64,000 nucleotides of DNA, from positions 1,798,001 to 1,862,000 of the forward strand of contig NC_134028.1 of assembly GCF_964204645.1 (NCBI RefSeq), given 5' to 3'. A model generated the notes under the pieces. The model was not told where the DNA came from. It saw nothing but the letters and a program-made list of their open reading frames with translations, and did no database searches. This DNA is from Tubulanus polymorphus. Taxonomy: Eukaryota; Animalia; Nemertea. The position numbers and the translations under genes were made by a program. Below, in pieces: positions 49,901-63,972 of the stretch. The first letter of the stretch is position 1. Every line of letters begins with the position of its first letter.

Positions 49901-52900
49901 TAATTAGATAATAACTTTTCATTAACGATGAAGGTTTCATCACCGCACAAATTTACAGCGAGCGTCTTGATATGCATTTTAATTCGCAATAAAATGTGAG
50001 TAAAATTTCTTTATTCTATTACTGTTGTAATACATTACTATGTAATGAACAACTCAATTTGTAACGGCCGTAAAGACTTCAAAGTTCAGATCAAAACTTT
50101 CTTAGTCCCGTTGTTATCACCCCACCAATAGGGAAAAGTAACTTCTGGTTTGTCGAAGGGTTATGAAAAATTTCAAATCACATCCATTGAACTTGGTCTC
50201 AATCGGACTAATTGATTCAGCGACGCATTGCATTCGAAAAAACAGTGTTTATGAAAGGTGATTACGAGCTCATATTTCATCTGAAGAATCTCACAGTTTA
50301 GGTTACAGTTATAACAAGTGTTATTAGGCCCGGCTGTAGGTTGATTTAACAAGCGCTTAACGCAAAGGTCCCTTAGTCACTTAGAGAGTACAGTGGTGAC
50401 AGTGTAGCGTAATTCCGTCAGAGCAATAGAAAATGATACAACCATAAATCCAATGCGGCATGAATAAACACGCCCCTAGCAAGCACACCTGATTAACTCC
50501 TTAACACGATTTTTATTCCATGCCAAAAACTAAACCGATCTATGAGTAAGACTTCTTTGCTAATGACTATTTCATATTCAGTACAGCCCTCTCTCCGACT
50601 CAAATCTCATGACTTTGTACAAATAAACCTCCGAACCTAACAATAAGCTTTTTACATCGTCAACATCTTCAACTTAGAATTCAGTGTATAGCGTTCCATA
50701 GCTTTAATCCTAGGTGTTTATTGGACGATGAGGAAGGGAAAGACAAGTTGCAGCTTGAAAGTGAAAAACTGATAGAATTTCACTAACTCTTCACATAACT
50801 ATAATAACTTGTATAACTATCGGATGAACTGTTTGAAACAGAGATTTCTTTTAAAGTTCAGCTGAAAATCTTTCTTGGAAATAGAAGTACAGGATGTTCA
50901 CGGATAATCTGATACCGATCCTATCAGACCACACATATATCTCTGCCTGCGGATGGGTAACACTGTGAGGTTTAAACACTGACCCCACCAGCGCGAATAT
51001 GACAGGCCCACCTGCGACGGATTATCAGTGCCCACTCTTATACCCCGATATGAGTATGACACCCATAAAACACCTGTTGGCAATGATCGAATATTTATCA
51101 CATATCAGAAAAAGGGCTTGAATATCTATCCCCTAAAAATGTCGAAATACCGTTGTCAGACTATTCCAAGCCCATATACCAGACTGTCAAATCAGGGCCC
51201 ACGAACCAAAATAAACTCAACCTAATCTTGACTGATGAACCATCACTCTAGCCACAAAATAATAGTGATCTCAAGTTGATGAGAGGATTAAGTGTAAAAA
51301 AAACTTAGGAGTAACTTCTTCTAGAAAACCTACACTACTCAAGAGATCTATGTGTTTTAGTATCCGTTAGATTTAGTTAGAAATTGAGAAAGTTGGTAGC
51401 AATGAACCTGAATCAGACCTGAATCAGGTTGATGGTAAAGTCCTGCTCGATTTAAAATCGATGTTACAAAAACTGCCTAAAAACACATTGGAAGACGAAA
51501 TATTAATGTCTGGTTGTTCATTGTCGAACGTTGTAGATGATTTCTGGACTATTCTTGAATGTGAAAATTGTTACCGCGTTGATTGTTCCGACTGAGTCGA
51601 CGTAATACACACACCCACTCGCAGTAACAAACGGGGAAATCAACGACAGACCCGTGAGACTCGCGAATTGACTGAGAAATCAAGCTCTAACGTACCGGGC
51701 TACGCAACAAACCTTATGATTGAGTCCGATCAACTGTATTCATTCTAATACCATTCATAACACCAAATACAGAGACTTGGAAATAATACTTCAATGAACC
51801 AGCATCTTAATCTTACTGATGACTACTTACAACTGTAACCTCTAAAGTCTAGTTTTTATGAAACCTAGAGACATAGTACTTAACTACTTTTATTTAAGAG
51901 ATTTTGCTAGTATATAGCAGCTTCATCTACTCTATATCAGCAGCGAAACCTCAAAAATAAAACAAAACCAATAAAATACGATCGACTTCTCTGTTTTACT
52001 GATTCGTCTACAACTAGTCTCAAGACTCGCGCAAAAATTACTTAAGGTTAGAAATGAGGATAAACTTTCAGTGACTGGACCAAACTCTATAAACAAGATT
52101 TAGAGAATGACATAAGTGAACCACTTAGTCAGTTGTATAACCTGGTGACCGGCATTTATTACATAAATACGAAAACCTCTACTTAAACCTGACATGTACA
52201 TAACTGAATATCAAATGAAGTTCGTTTGAAATATTAATTGGTTTCTTCCCTTTCAACTGCAATATGAATTGGCACTTCAATAAGACTAATAGATGTAGAC
52301 ATTTGCGTAAAATTAAACCTTATTTGGTTCTGGTAAATTATATCAGCTATTGAACAGTTTGCAGATTTACATCAAAAACCGATCACAGAAAACACTTCGA
52401 GACATCTTCGTCGTTTCAGAAAAAAATCATTTTTAGAAATGAAAATAAATTTGACCATGAATTTATCTGTGGCTTCTCTTAAACACTTCTCTGATGATTA
52501 TCAAAACGATGACCATTTACCGCAACATGAAAAGCATCGGTTAATGTAAATGGAAGCAATGATGTCGACGGTTCATGTGACGTAACGCTCGAGACTAACC
52601 AACCAGTCACAGGCTAGATCTTAATCACCCACCCACCCCGACCAAACATATATAATCACTTTAACTATTCTACGGTCTTTCACTCTGTCACTGTCGATGC
52701 ACTTTGCTTCTCTCACTTCCAACAACAGGATCTAACTACAATCGCAGGTAGGAACAACAGATAAGTCTATTTTTATAGAGATCTTACTAATAGTTCTTTG
52801 GTTTTGATAACAGTTACTGCAATATCATCGTATCAAGAAGATGAAATTTCTTCGTTTTTTTTTTCAACGGGGAAGCATTCTATACAGTAAATAAAAAGCT

Positions 52901-55900
52901 ACCTGGTAATCATCTTTTCAAATTTTTCTATGCATATTTATAATAAACTTTTGATGGCAAATATATTTTGCATTGGCAAAGATGAAATTATTTCAATAAA
53001 ATACTGAAATCTCAGACGCTAATTTTGGTCCTAACAGACAACATTTATAAACTTTTGGTCTCATAAATTTACTGAAAAAGTTCAAGATAAGTTGTTTCTA
53101 CACAGTGGATCTTATTCACATCAGGGGACAGTTGCGCAGTCGTGACTTAAGTCCAAAAGTGGTCTTAAATCTTAAGACTGGTCATAACTTGTTAGATTGG
53201 CTATAGAACTAAGTTGGTCTTAGACTGGTCTTAAGTATAAGCCATGACTATGCAACCGGCCCCTGAATAATAAATACGTTCAATTACAAATTTACTGAAA
53301 AAACCAACATGAAAATGAGCTTCTTTTCAATAACTGTCGGACCGGACGAGGAGCATTTCATCGCATTAGTTTCAAATAAGCTTGAAATGATAAACAAACA
53401 GCAGTGACAATATCGACCAATATTCGTGGACATAAAACGTTCATTTCTACCGTTGTTTGAAGTTATTCCATCGGGTATTTTCGATGTATTTGCTGTAAAA
53501 ATGCGATAACTCGAACGCCGGTCATTAGAGAGGATTATTATTTTAGACGGCAATCTACAAAGGTTTAAGCTATAAAAATCATTTTGAATTTCATCCATTC
53601 GTTGTTGGGTCAAATACAATTTTAGGAAGTAATAGTTGACTAAAACAGATCATAATGAATAAAGTTTAATTTGTCCATGAAACCAGCACCTGGTCGTGGG
53701 TTAAAATAAGGCAGTAATTCTAATCATCAAACAACAACAGAACTGACTCCAGTGCAAGGATTCTATCATCATAACCATCGATAAAACACTATATTCGTGT
53801 TGTGACGATAATATGTAGAGAATCACACAATAATAACGAGAAATAAGTCCAAAAATGTTTCCTTGATCTCGTAGTTTATTCAATGTTTCTAATAGAAATC
53901 TTCAGGAATAAGGTTAGTATTCCTGAAGGAAACATTTTCAAACTTATAATCATATCTACAAAAAGATCACTAAACTTCTTTCATTAGATGAAAATTTAGA
54001 TGAAAAAGTCGAGTAAAATCTCAAAATCAATTATTTAACCGCTTTCTTAAATTGCAGCCTCACTATGATTTACCGATTGTTAATGCTCGGCGTCGCCATT
54101 GTTGCCATATTTAACGAAGCAGTCGACGCGCAAGGTTTCCACTTCAGTCGCGGAGACTGGAGGCCATCCGGTAAACGATCGGTGGTCGGTTTCCCGGACG
54201 ATGTCAGCTCAACGGCGACTGGAGCCAACAAACTCGGATTACTGGAAGCATTAATTAACGGTGATACAAAATCGGGACAATGTATCATAAACAAAGATGC
54301 AGCACAAATTATGCTCAACATGATCGAAGTAAGTTGAATTCTTGGTTCGAGATCAATTTAAAAGACTATTCAATAAGAACAGGTTAAACCTGATATCTCT
54401 AATTTTAGTAGTTTTCACAAAAAATGAGGATAATTTTACTTTAAAAAAATAATTAGTTGTTTCATTGATAGCGAACAAGAAGTCATTATGATTTTGATAT
54501 TTTTAATAGTTGAGGTCTTAAAAGAGTAGAAACTAGTCTCAAATAGTTGTTGTAGTTGAAGTATGTCAAAGATGGTGATTTAAAATATAGGAAAAATGAA
54601 AATTTCAAAGATCCTTTTTTCATATCGAGTAGAGTATGAAGAAAAAATCATTACAAAATATCATTACACTTTATAAAGTTTATCTACTCAAAATAATTTT
54701 AGTAAATGAAAATAGATTCATCTCATAAATGACATCACTCTGATTGCGCGCAATAGTTTTTGAAAAGTCTAACCGAAGGCTATCGGACCAGAATATGACT
54801 GTGATTAAGAGACAAACAGAAAAGCAGGTGTATGTAATGTTTGGATAAAGGGCAGACTGACATTTACGCGGCGGGGCAACCACTGCGATATTAGCGCAAG
54901 AAAAGACGATATTGTTCGTAAAAAAGGATAAGAAATTCCACAAAAATTCGTGGATGTTCTTTTAATTACGTCATCACAAAATTCATGTGAAATGGATACG
55001 GCATATATCTCATGAATATTATATATTTGGTATACATACATATGAATACCAAATATATGAAATTTCAGAAATGCTAATTTTCTTGCTTTCAGATATTCAA
55101 ATATATATAAATATGTTCTCAATTTTCTGAAATGAAACCTAAAATATTCATAAAAATCTATGCATATCATTTGAAAGTATATATCCGAATTTGTTAATTT
55201 AAGACCTCATCTAAAAATCCGTCGATTAAAATAAGATTTTTTCATTTCATGTTTTTAAGGAGGAATTAAGTCATAGACACCACATATGTAAATCAGATGC
55301 AATCATAATCGCCATGCTCAACAAGGTAATTATTCAGAAGTCACCCAGCAGAATCTGCTGGTTTCAATAGTTGTCAAATTAGGATCTGAGTTTATCGAAT
55401 GGAAATTAAACCTATTTCAAATCATCAAAAATGATGGATTAATTTGTTCTAGATATTCTTGTCTGTCTCGTAGATGAATTTAGTCGGAGGGATCGATTGC
55501 CCTCGGCCGAAACCAATTATCATTAAGAAAAATGTTTATTCGTTTATCTTTTTTAGATCAAGGCAGAGAGCTAGAATAAAAATAGCGACATGACGGAGGT
55601 GCTGAACCGAATCAGTCAAACAAATACTGCATTATTCGTACTGTACACCGATAGGATGAAGAAACCCAGTAGATTTATTCGCTTTACTTTATTTCGTTTA
55701 TGAAACATTGACCGGCGATATTAACTATGAAACACTTTGCGTATTATTTTCGATTGTTCGTCAAACAGTGATTGGACGCGGCCTACTTGAATATGACTTT
55801 CAAATTTCGTGCTCGGCGAATGAATGAGATACGATGAGAAGTGATTTCGTTCTCAGATTCCTCTCTTAAAACTAAACTGTATGTATCCGGTGAACAGAAG

Positions 55901-58900
55901 ACAATTGACATTCGAGTTGTTTAAGCGGAACTCAAGGAGAAATCGATGCTTTAAAATGTTCCGTAAGCATTTGCGTTGTTTTTGTGGGGTTTAACTTCAC
56001 GTTTAATATTCAATTTATGTAGTTTTTACGCTTAATGAAACAAACTCGATTGTACTGAAATATTCTAACTCTCAGAAAACGCGAGGTAAAATTTCAGAAA
56101 AACTTCATTTTAGCCAGAGTTATTTTGCAAGCTACACGTAGCTAGACGGACAGATTTCAAAAAGAGAATTTCCCGACTACATTTTCATATTGTTGCTGAA
56201 TCATCTTCGCAACTTAAAGAAATGTTAACATTTTTGAGCGCAGTAAATTATCGTTGAAAATAACTCTGTTCTATGATTACGGTGTTACAGGGTTTTATTG
56301 ATCCAGTAATCGATCAAACTGTCTTTAAATGTTTTAAATTTTACACTCATCTCATCAAAATGTAATAAATATTTTAAAAAATCATACCTAGTTTTTCGAA
56401 TTTTTGCAGAAGTTTTTGTTTGAAGTCAGTCCTCAGTTGAAATAAAAAAGAATATTTCCACTAATGTATCACAAAAATGACCTCATTTATAAATCATTTG
56501 TGACTCATACAATGTAGGAGTTAGCAGGTAATTGAAGGATATGAAACGATAAAAGAAATGCAGGGTTATCGGTATTTGAAGTGAATTAATTACACGGTAA
56601 GGAGGTTGAGGCATTCTCTGACAAGTACCGGTATATTAGAATAATACTGAATCCCAGAAATGAAATATATAACATAAATGCTATAAAATCAGATTTTTTG
56701 TTTGTTTGCTTACAATTTCTGCAAGTCTGTGAATAGCAAAATTTCAAAAAGGAATTTCTATGGCTTTTTACTTATAAGGTTTTAAACGAGTCCGTTGAAA
56801 TAATTCACGTGCAGCCTATGGATTTGATTTTACCTTTTTGTCATGATCGAACGCAGTGACAGTTGAGTATACATTTCAAAATAACGACTCAATAAACTTT
56901 ATGAAACAAATAACTGAAATACTAAACAGCGAAAAGCAAAACCCTCACAATATATTCCCAGTACACTGAAGAGTAAAACAGTATTCATTAATATAAATAC
57001 AGAGACGGTAATTCTACTTATTGAATAGAAGTCAATGTTAGTTCAATGAAGCAGATAAATTCGAGCCTGATTGCTGTAGACTTTTTCTTGTTTATGATAA
57101 TACAACGCAAAGCAGAAAATGTAAATCGGTCCAGAGTTCCACGAATATACCTGCAACTATTCAAATTTACACCAGGAATGTAAGACAGAAAGAACTAAGG
57201 CAAAACGATGCATACAATTTTTCAAACAGAGACAATTCATGGCTACGAGTAACAATATTTTTGTTGTATGCGTAATGCTCGCGCACCTAACGACCTCCCT
57301 GAGGCCTTGTGGATTATTTCTAGCATAATCCCAGTCAAAGATTCTGTTGATGACAACCGAGCTAATAGCAGATATTTCCACAGATTAATCCAGAGTTTTT
57401 ATATTTCGAAACAAACAATTGACAGCTCCATGTTATAAATTGAATACACTTTTCAGACTTGGCAAAATACTGCAAACATCATTACAAAAAAGATTTTATA
57501 CTACTTCAGAAACTGAAAACTAGACCTACAGTTGATAGCGGAATGAAGATTTTTAAGATTCCATGTACGGACCGAGTTAATTTCCATCGCATCTTTTGAG
57601 TCCACCATGAAATGCTGCGCACTGACATTTCTAAAAGCCGGCAAATGATGCAAGAACACTTACGTTCCATCTTCTACAATTTTTGCTTATGAAACTCCCA
57701 CTAAAGTAGGACGGAATCTATACCGAGAAAGGTCATTTGAAAATAAAAATATTCCAGCAGACAATGCCATTATCCACGAAAGCGAAAAGGTGTTTAGAAT
57801 TCAGAATGCACAATACAGCCAAACGGTCGAGAAATTGAAAAGAAATTCGAAAGGCTGGCTACATTGTGAACCGACCAGGAGAAGAAACATGATCTAGATA
57901 TCACATAGGCTATATCGCAAAACAAAATCAGCGTGGCTGAAGACTGAAGCAGTCTGAACCCAATTCAACCAATAACACCATTTATTATTCTTCGACAATA
58001 AAGATATATAACTATTAATAATACATAGCTATATCGAATGTATGACTAATAATATCACCTAGCGCAGAAACTGTGGTCAGTATCATTCGAGATTTTGTAA
58101 ACACCATTAAAACTAATAGAACAGGAGGCCAGTGGGACTTATCACAGAACAGGAGGCCAGTGGGACTTATTATATATCAATTAGAGAGCGACGAATTTGA
58201 ATCGAAATATGTATCGTAAACCAGTATGTTTCAGTTCTTTCGAGATTTGTCGAGATACAATTGATGAATTCCGAGATGAAAGATCAAATACAACTGCTCC
58301 ATCTATACACAATTCAGTGAAGTAATGTTCGTAGTAGTCCGATGTAAGCCGGAGATCTTACGTGTTTCCTACCTGTAGCTTGTTATACATTTCGAGATTA
58401 ATAGTTTTAATCTCTTCTAATTGTTGCCGTAGCGACACAACGGTGTCTTGTTTTTCGTGGATGTCTTTCTCGAGCAGACGTAAAGCCATTTCGACTTCTT
58501 GTTTCATTCCTATCTGTAGTTCTAACTCTTTTTCTATATCCTACAACAATAATCCATCAAATCATTACATTTTTAACAACTCATCGCATATAAGTTCATT
58601 ATAGTCTTATTATGCTCAACGATCAATCCTTTGGTTCAAAAGTCTCAAAACTAGCAGTCTCATTCTTGCAATTCTACCAATACCCCTGATACAAATTTTG
58701 ATTTGACGCTGATTTCCTCATAGTTTTTACGGCTGTATCACTTGAAATCGCAATATCCACGATGTATTAACAGATGAAACAATTATAATTGAACTGAAAC
58801 ATTTATGGAAAGTACATTTTAGACTGAATAAGGGTGGTAGTAACCACCTGGAATATTTCAACTTCGAATGAACGTTTTTAGTTAAATTACAATAGTGGGA

Positions 58901-59266
58901 TAAGGAGAGTAATGAGATATGTGGGTTAACTTACCACGCGTAAATGCGCTTCATCGTTCAGTTTTTTCTGTGCCTCAGCGTACATACTGTCTAAACCAGC
59001 ACGAGATGTCTGATACGTATCACGTTCTACTTCTAAATCCTGTTTTGCTACCTTTAATAAAACGAGTAATAAATACGATAATAATTTGCGACCAACAACT
59101 TCCAAATAACTTAATTCAGTTTTGAAATTTTTTTCAGATTTGCGATCATTTCATTCTAACTGATCCAACAAACACTCAATGCCCATCATTAAGATCGGTC
59201 TCAATGCCCATCATTAAGATCGGTAAGGCGCAAAGTTGCAGAACAGTGGCTACTCGCTGAAAGCTC

Positions 59267-59304
<38 letters not shown>

Positions 59305-62300
59305 AAAATGTTCATCTGTACGCACCTCAAGTTTACGTTCTTGATCGTGATATAACTGATTTTGTCGTTCCTTCAATTGAATGTTCTCTTCTTGTAATGT
59401 TAATATGCTGTTTTTGGAAATTGCGAGATCTTCTTTCATTAAAGCATTCGTCGTTTGCAGCGTTTCCAGTTTTTGTTGCAGATTTGTAACCGTCGCGCTA
59501 GAAAATAACCAGAAATTCTCGATCATTTCAATCATACTCAATCAAAAGGATTTTGAGATTCAACGAATTGCTCATTAAATCATTCTTTAAACGCTTACTT
59601 TAAATGCCTGTTTAATTCTTCTAAATAGTTTTTCTGGTCTAAAATCGCCGCCATCTTGGCATTTCCTTCAACGCAACTGGAAGAAACATTTCAAATTCAA
59701 GAAAATAAATATTTCGGGAAACGGTTTCTCGTTGAAAATTCTTGCGTAAAGAATACTCACTTTTCTTCCTCCGGACTACGCATATCCGTTAAATTACTGT
59801 CTTTCAAATATAAACTAAAATCTATCACACCCATCTAGAGAAAAAGAAAACAAGTTGAGACAAGTTACAGCCTAAGTTATCTCCCTAATTTAATTCAATA
59901 TAGTTCAGCGTATAGATGTACGATGCTTACTGGTTGTTCCAAATCATCCTCTTTATCTTTGATACATATATTACAGTCTATCACATTCAAACCAACTAAC
60001 AAGCCACCGATCACCATTCCTTCTTCTTCCAGCATTATAGCACCAGGTTCATAGAACTCGCTGAAAAATGTAACCGAAAAATTTAGTTCTTCCACGTATT
60101 TCGCAAAAGCCAACGTTGATTCCAACAAGTTGAATTCAGGAAAAAATCCTGTGAAAATCTATGAAAAACTTCAGTTTAAATTGCATCGAGCAGTCTTACT
60201 AATTCACTTACTATAACAGGGTTTCTTTTCTATCAATCAAAAGTCGAAAATAGTCAGCCAATTTCTTCTGCATCAGAGCTAACCTAACCCATGCGCGTGC
60301 ACGACCAAGAGCCGTCCTAAAAGAGTAACAATAACAACATACATAACCATACATAATCTATCTAAAACTTGTTTTAAGCTACATATGTTTCATTCGTTAT
60401 GAAAACTGATTGTGATGACGCAATTTAAAGATCTTTAAGTTACGTAGCTAATATATCGATAACAATAGCTTACTTTAGATTTGGCATATCTCTGACACTG
60501 GTTGTAATCTCTTGAGCTTCGGGGACTAATTTTTCAATCTGCTCCAGAACGCACCAAAACTCCTTCTTATCGCGGAGAATGCCCTTCTTAGCTGGAAAAG
60601 CCCAAACAAATTATAAATTGGAATTCATCCTCCGTGACCCAAAAGATAAAACTTGGTACTGGAATGCGAATAAAATTTCCAAAAATTTCACCAATTTCTA
60701 TAATTTGCCCCTTTCTTCTACTATTTTTTTTCGCAGAAATTTCATCACTCCTAAAACTCAAGTGCATACTTACGTTTTAACCTGTGTATAAGAACATGTT
60801 CTAGAACGACGAAGAACTGTTGAAGAGGTACGTGGTCATCATCTAACATACGTCCATGAGATAACGAGGAATCAATTAACTCCTTTATAATTAGTTTTGT
60901 CATGTTCAGCAAATTTGCTCGTTCTATCGTTATAGGATCACGTCCTGAAAATAGAGCAGTTTGAAATTATTTTTTTTGGTCTTTTTCTGTGAGTCTAAGA
61001 ATGAATGCAGAAGGAAATATAGAATGCACTTTAAATGGACACAAACGAGTACAGCTGAATAATGGGATCGATTGTCAAAATAAAAGGACTTTTACTCGAC
61101 TATTACAGCTTCCAGTGCATTTATTCAACCGATGAAAAAAACCTACTCCAAATAAGGCTACGAGTGCAGTTGATTGTTGACATACTAAATATGACAGCAT
61201 CGCGCGAGCTTAGGCTGAGAAATACTGTATCTTAAAAACAATAGCTACAACTAAAAATACGACAAAATTGACGTAATACACACCATCCTCAGGGGTAGGT
61301 GGAGGGGGTAGGTCTAACTGCACGTCAGTAAGTTCCCTTAGACACAACCATTCCCCATCAACCGATACACGGAAATTACACAGGTAGATAGTCTCCTCCG
61401 CCATATTGGCTGAGCTAGCTGTAGCTCTACTGATACACTGCTGTATTACTGCACCAGCATCAGCATAATCTATGAGTTCACTCCCAATCAATATTGTCTG
61501 CTACTGGACGTATACGAGTTGATACCGGGGAAAATCTAGCTGCAGAAATTCTTCGCAAGCATCAATTCAAACATTCTTTTCTTTATTTGCTATGAAATGT
61601 GTTATTCAATGCTTTAATATCTCGATTACTGCGCGGCACTAATAACAGTAATCTTCTACGGTATTTCAGGAATTATATACATAACGCGTACATTCACGAG
61701 AACGAACACGTTCAGTTCAAATCATTAGATCGATCGTTTATCTCAATCTATTCGGCTTAAAAACTAACGACTGAAAAACTAAAATCGAAATTCATTTCAA
61801 TCTAGCTAATTATAAATATTGTCAATTGTTTTAACGGAAGCAATAGTTCGATACAAATAGTGCAATCAGTTGTTCAGAGTTAAGAATAACTAGTTCGTTC
61901 ATAACTGATATATCTGGTAGGCCTAAGTGCATATTTTCTCTAAATACACTCCCCAGGTTAAGACAACCAAAAAATAACTACTACATTTACTTTTATCAGT
62001 TATTGGTAATGCCAATTGTATCTATTCAAAAACATTCGATCTTTTTATCAGTTGAGCACTGCATAAGAGGAGAAAATAAACTCTGCCCTTTAAGACCGAA
62101 AAAATGTTTCTAATCACAACCCGTTAGCATTAATGAGGGCAAGAGGTATTTATTTCAAAGGAGCTAAAAAAGTTAAAACAAATTCATCTCTTGCACAAGC
62201 GCCTTTAACCTGCAGGAGGTGTCTTTTTAACTTTAGTTGCTATCTATTAACTCACTGTATAATCAGCAGCCACCGGTTACTGGTACTAATCCGGACAGAT

Positions 62301-63316
62301 ATCAACACAAGAAAATCATACACTCATAATCTGTCTAGATATTCCAGTAATTAATAACAAGACAACTCACAATATGGGAATAAAATGACCTCATTTGCAG
62401 CGCAGGGTGTTACATTCAATGTTAAAGTATCATTCGTTGAAAAAAAAAGAGACAATAGGCTTGTTTATGATAAAAACATTGACAATTTCTAGGCGCTATG
62501 TTTGACCGAGAACAAGGAGGGATGATCGCACACCTGTAGCCTACTCACAAAAATAGATAATCATTATCAATACACAGTTCGTTCTAGGATTATGAGGAAT
62601 TGTACACAAAGTCCAGGCCCATTACAAAACAGCCACTGCAGTTTTAGGCTACAAACGATGCTAGTTACGTTGTCTACCATCGAAAAAACAACCACTTCAT
62701 AAGAGGTTTGACTAAGACCAAGGAGGGATGATTTTACACCGGCACCCTCTCGACCCAGTTCGTTTCAAACTTTATGGTGAACTCAGTGTTTTCAATAATA
62801 GCCAGGTCCTAGACCCGTCTGTTGTTTGTTAAGGACCCGCCTGTTTTTTCAAACCAGCCTTCGTTTCAGGGACTGTGACGTATTCTCATTGAAAACACTG
62901 GAACTGAACATAGATTAAGTTAAGTACACCCGGTGAGCCTCAACCACAGTGACTGCAGTTTTAAGCCACATTTCTGCTATGAGCGATGGATTGTATATCC
63001 CTTTGAGACGCCTAAGCCAAACCAATGGATACAGAAAATCACATGACGAATGTAGTCGATTACAGTATATCAATATAAACAATGAAGTAATTAGGAAATA
63101 TTGTATGTAGTATGTAGGTCACTTACGTATCCTTTTCGGGTGAGGTTTCCGCTGTGGCGATAAAAGGTCAGCTTGTTTTTTAGATGCATACACCGGAGCT
63201 GGCCACTCATCTTGCGTCTGGGATACAGCAGGAGTATTTGCAGCACAGGGATTAGGGTTGTCAGTTGAATTGTTTGTAATTTCTAGTTGAACGTCGTTTT
63301 CCCTGGAGGCGGCCAT
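44925..63316 (-). CDS. RUFY: RUN and FYVE domain-containing protein (RUFY1/2/3 family; 665 aa with first exon A, 642 aa with first exon B)
   Basis: First exon is 63316-63127 or 61404-61284. Shared exons: 60944-60774, 60591-60474, 60316-60212, 60060-59931, 59834-59761, 59676-59599, 59497-59326, 59051-58935, 58540-58373, 48995-48898, 47601-47515, 45868-45739, 45659-45565, 45444-45318, 45062-44925. Both paths are in frame. RUN motifs ([49 protein letters not shown]) are followed by coiled coils ([26 protein letters not shown]) and a FYVE finger (WADD...[23 protein letters not shown]...PVRVCDDC). Confidence 0.95.
46305..46417. mobile_element. Harbinger-like MITE fragment (terminus ...atcgtctccgtgtgatcgcggct)
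   Basis: GC-rich end with internal ggcacgggccaaatt/aatttggcccgggc. The same terminus occurs at about 41967-42003. Confidence 0.45.
46932..46962. repeat. (GAT)n microsatellite
   Basis: About 10 units are directly visible. Confidence 0.9.
52578..52747 (+). promoter_or_regulatory. Probable promoter and non-coding first exon of the nested neuropeptide gene
   Basis: CRE-like TGACGTAA at about 52578, TATATAA at 52649-52655, and a donor cag|gtagga at 52747/52748. The ATG exon has an acceptor 7 nt upstream of the ATG (54057). Confidence 0.5.
53122..53265. mobile_element. MITE (caggggacagttgcgcagtcgtgactta...taagccatgactatgcaaccggcccctg)
   Basis: Imperfect TIRs with internal ggtcttaag repeats. Confidence 0.65.
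54065..55574 (+). CDS. GnRH/corazonin-superfamily neuropeptide precursor (115 aa), nested antisense in a RUFY intron
   Basis: Exons 54065-54328, 55260-55325 and 55557-55574 total 348 nt in frame. The signal peptide [22 protein letters not shown] is directly followed by [16 protein letters not shown] (pyroGlu, amide donor, dibasic site). The associated peptide has two Cys ([17 protein letters not shown]|[10 protein letters not shown]). Confidence 0.88.
59267..59304. repeat. (ATG)n microsatellite in a RUFY intron
   Basis: About 12 units. It gives the poly-Ile run in ORF 59176..59541. Confidence 0.9.
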
Positions 63317-63918
63317 GATGTTTACGGAAGTATAATCAACGGAATTAGGTCAATTCATGCGATTTTAATTGAATTGATTAGTCCACAACCTTGAGATATT
63401 TTACGATTTCCGCTAGACTGGTTGCCTGTCCCATTATTGAAGATATAGACCGGTAACCAGTCTATATTTACAAGAACCTGTTTAGACGGGTTACTTGTCC
63501 AGACCGGTAACCAGTCTAGGCTCTGTTAGATTCAATTCAATTCAATACTTTATTACAACTTAAAAGTTTTACAGTAAAACATACAAGTATATAATGCAAT
63601 AAAGGAGAAAAAGGACAATTAATTTTACAGAGTAGAAAATTACAATTTAAAATAGACAGGATAACACATTTGCGGAACAAGCATGATAGATATAGAAGTT
63701 AGATCAAACCGTTCAGTGCTGCCTCAATGAATAACGATAGCGGAATTCCTGCGAACTAAAATAGTAGCACTACCAAGTTCAAGTTTAAACGTTGACAAAA
63801 CTTCCAATTTTTTTCCCTGTCGCCCTCTTCCTATAACAGAAATAGAAATACCCCGATATAGATTTACTCTTAAAACTATCAACACAGTGCTTCATTATGG
63901 ACTTTCGCTTTAGCGAAG

Positions 63919-63972
63919 TATAAGCCCATCCGATTATAAAAAGCTTACCACCAACGATTAGGTAACTAACTA
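63919..63972 (+). repeat. Dispersed repeat shared with DNAJC12 intron 1 (about 10006-10060)
   Basis: gtataagcYcatccgattataaaaagcttaccaccaacgattaggtaactaacta occurs at both sites. Confidence 0.8.
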
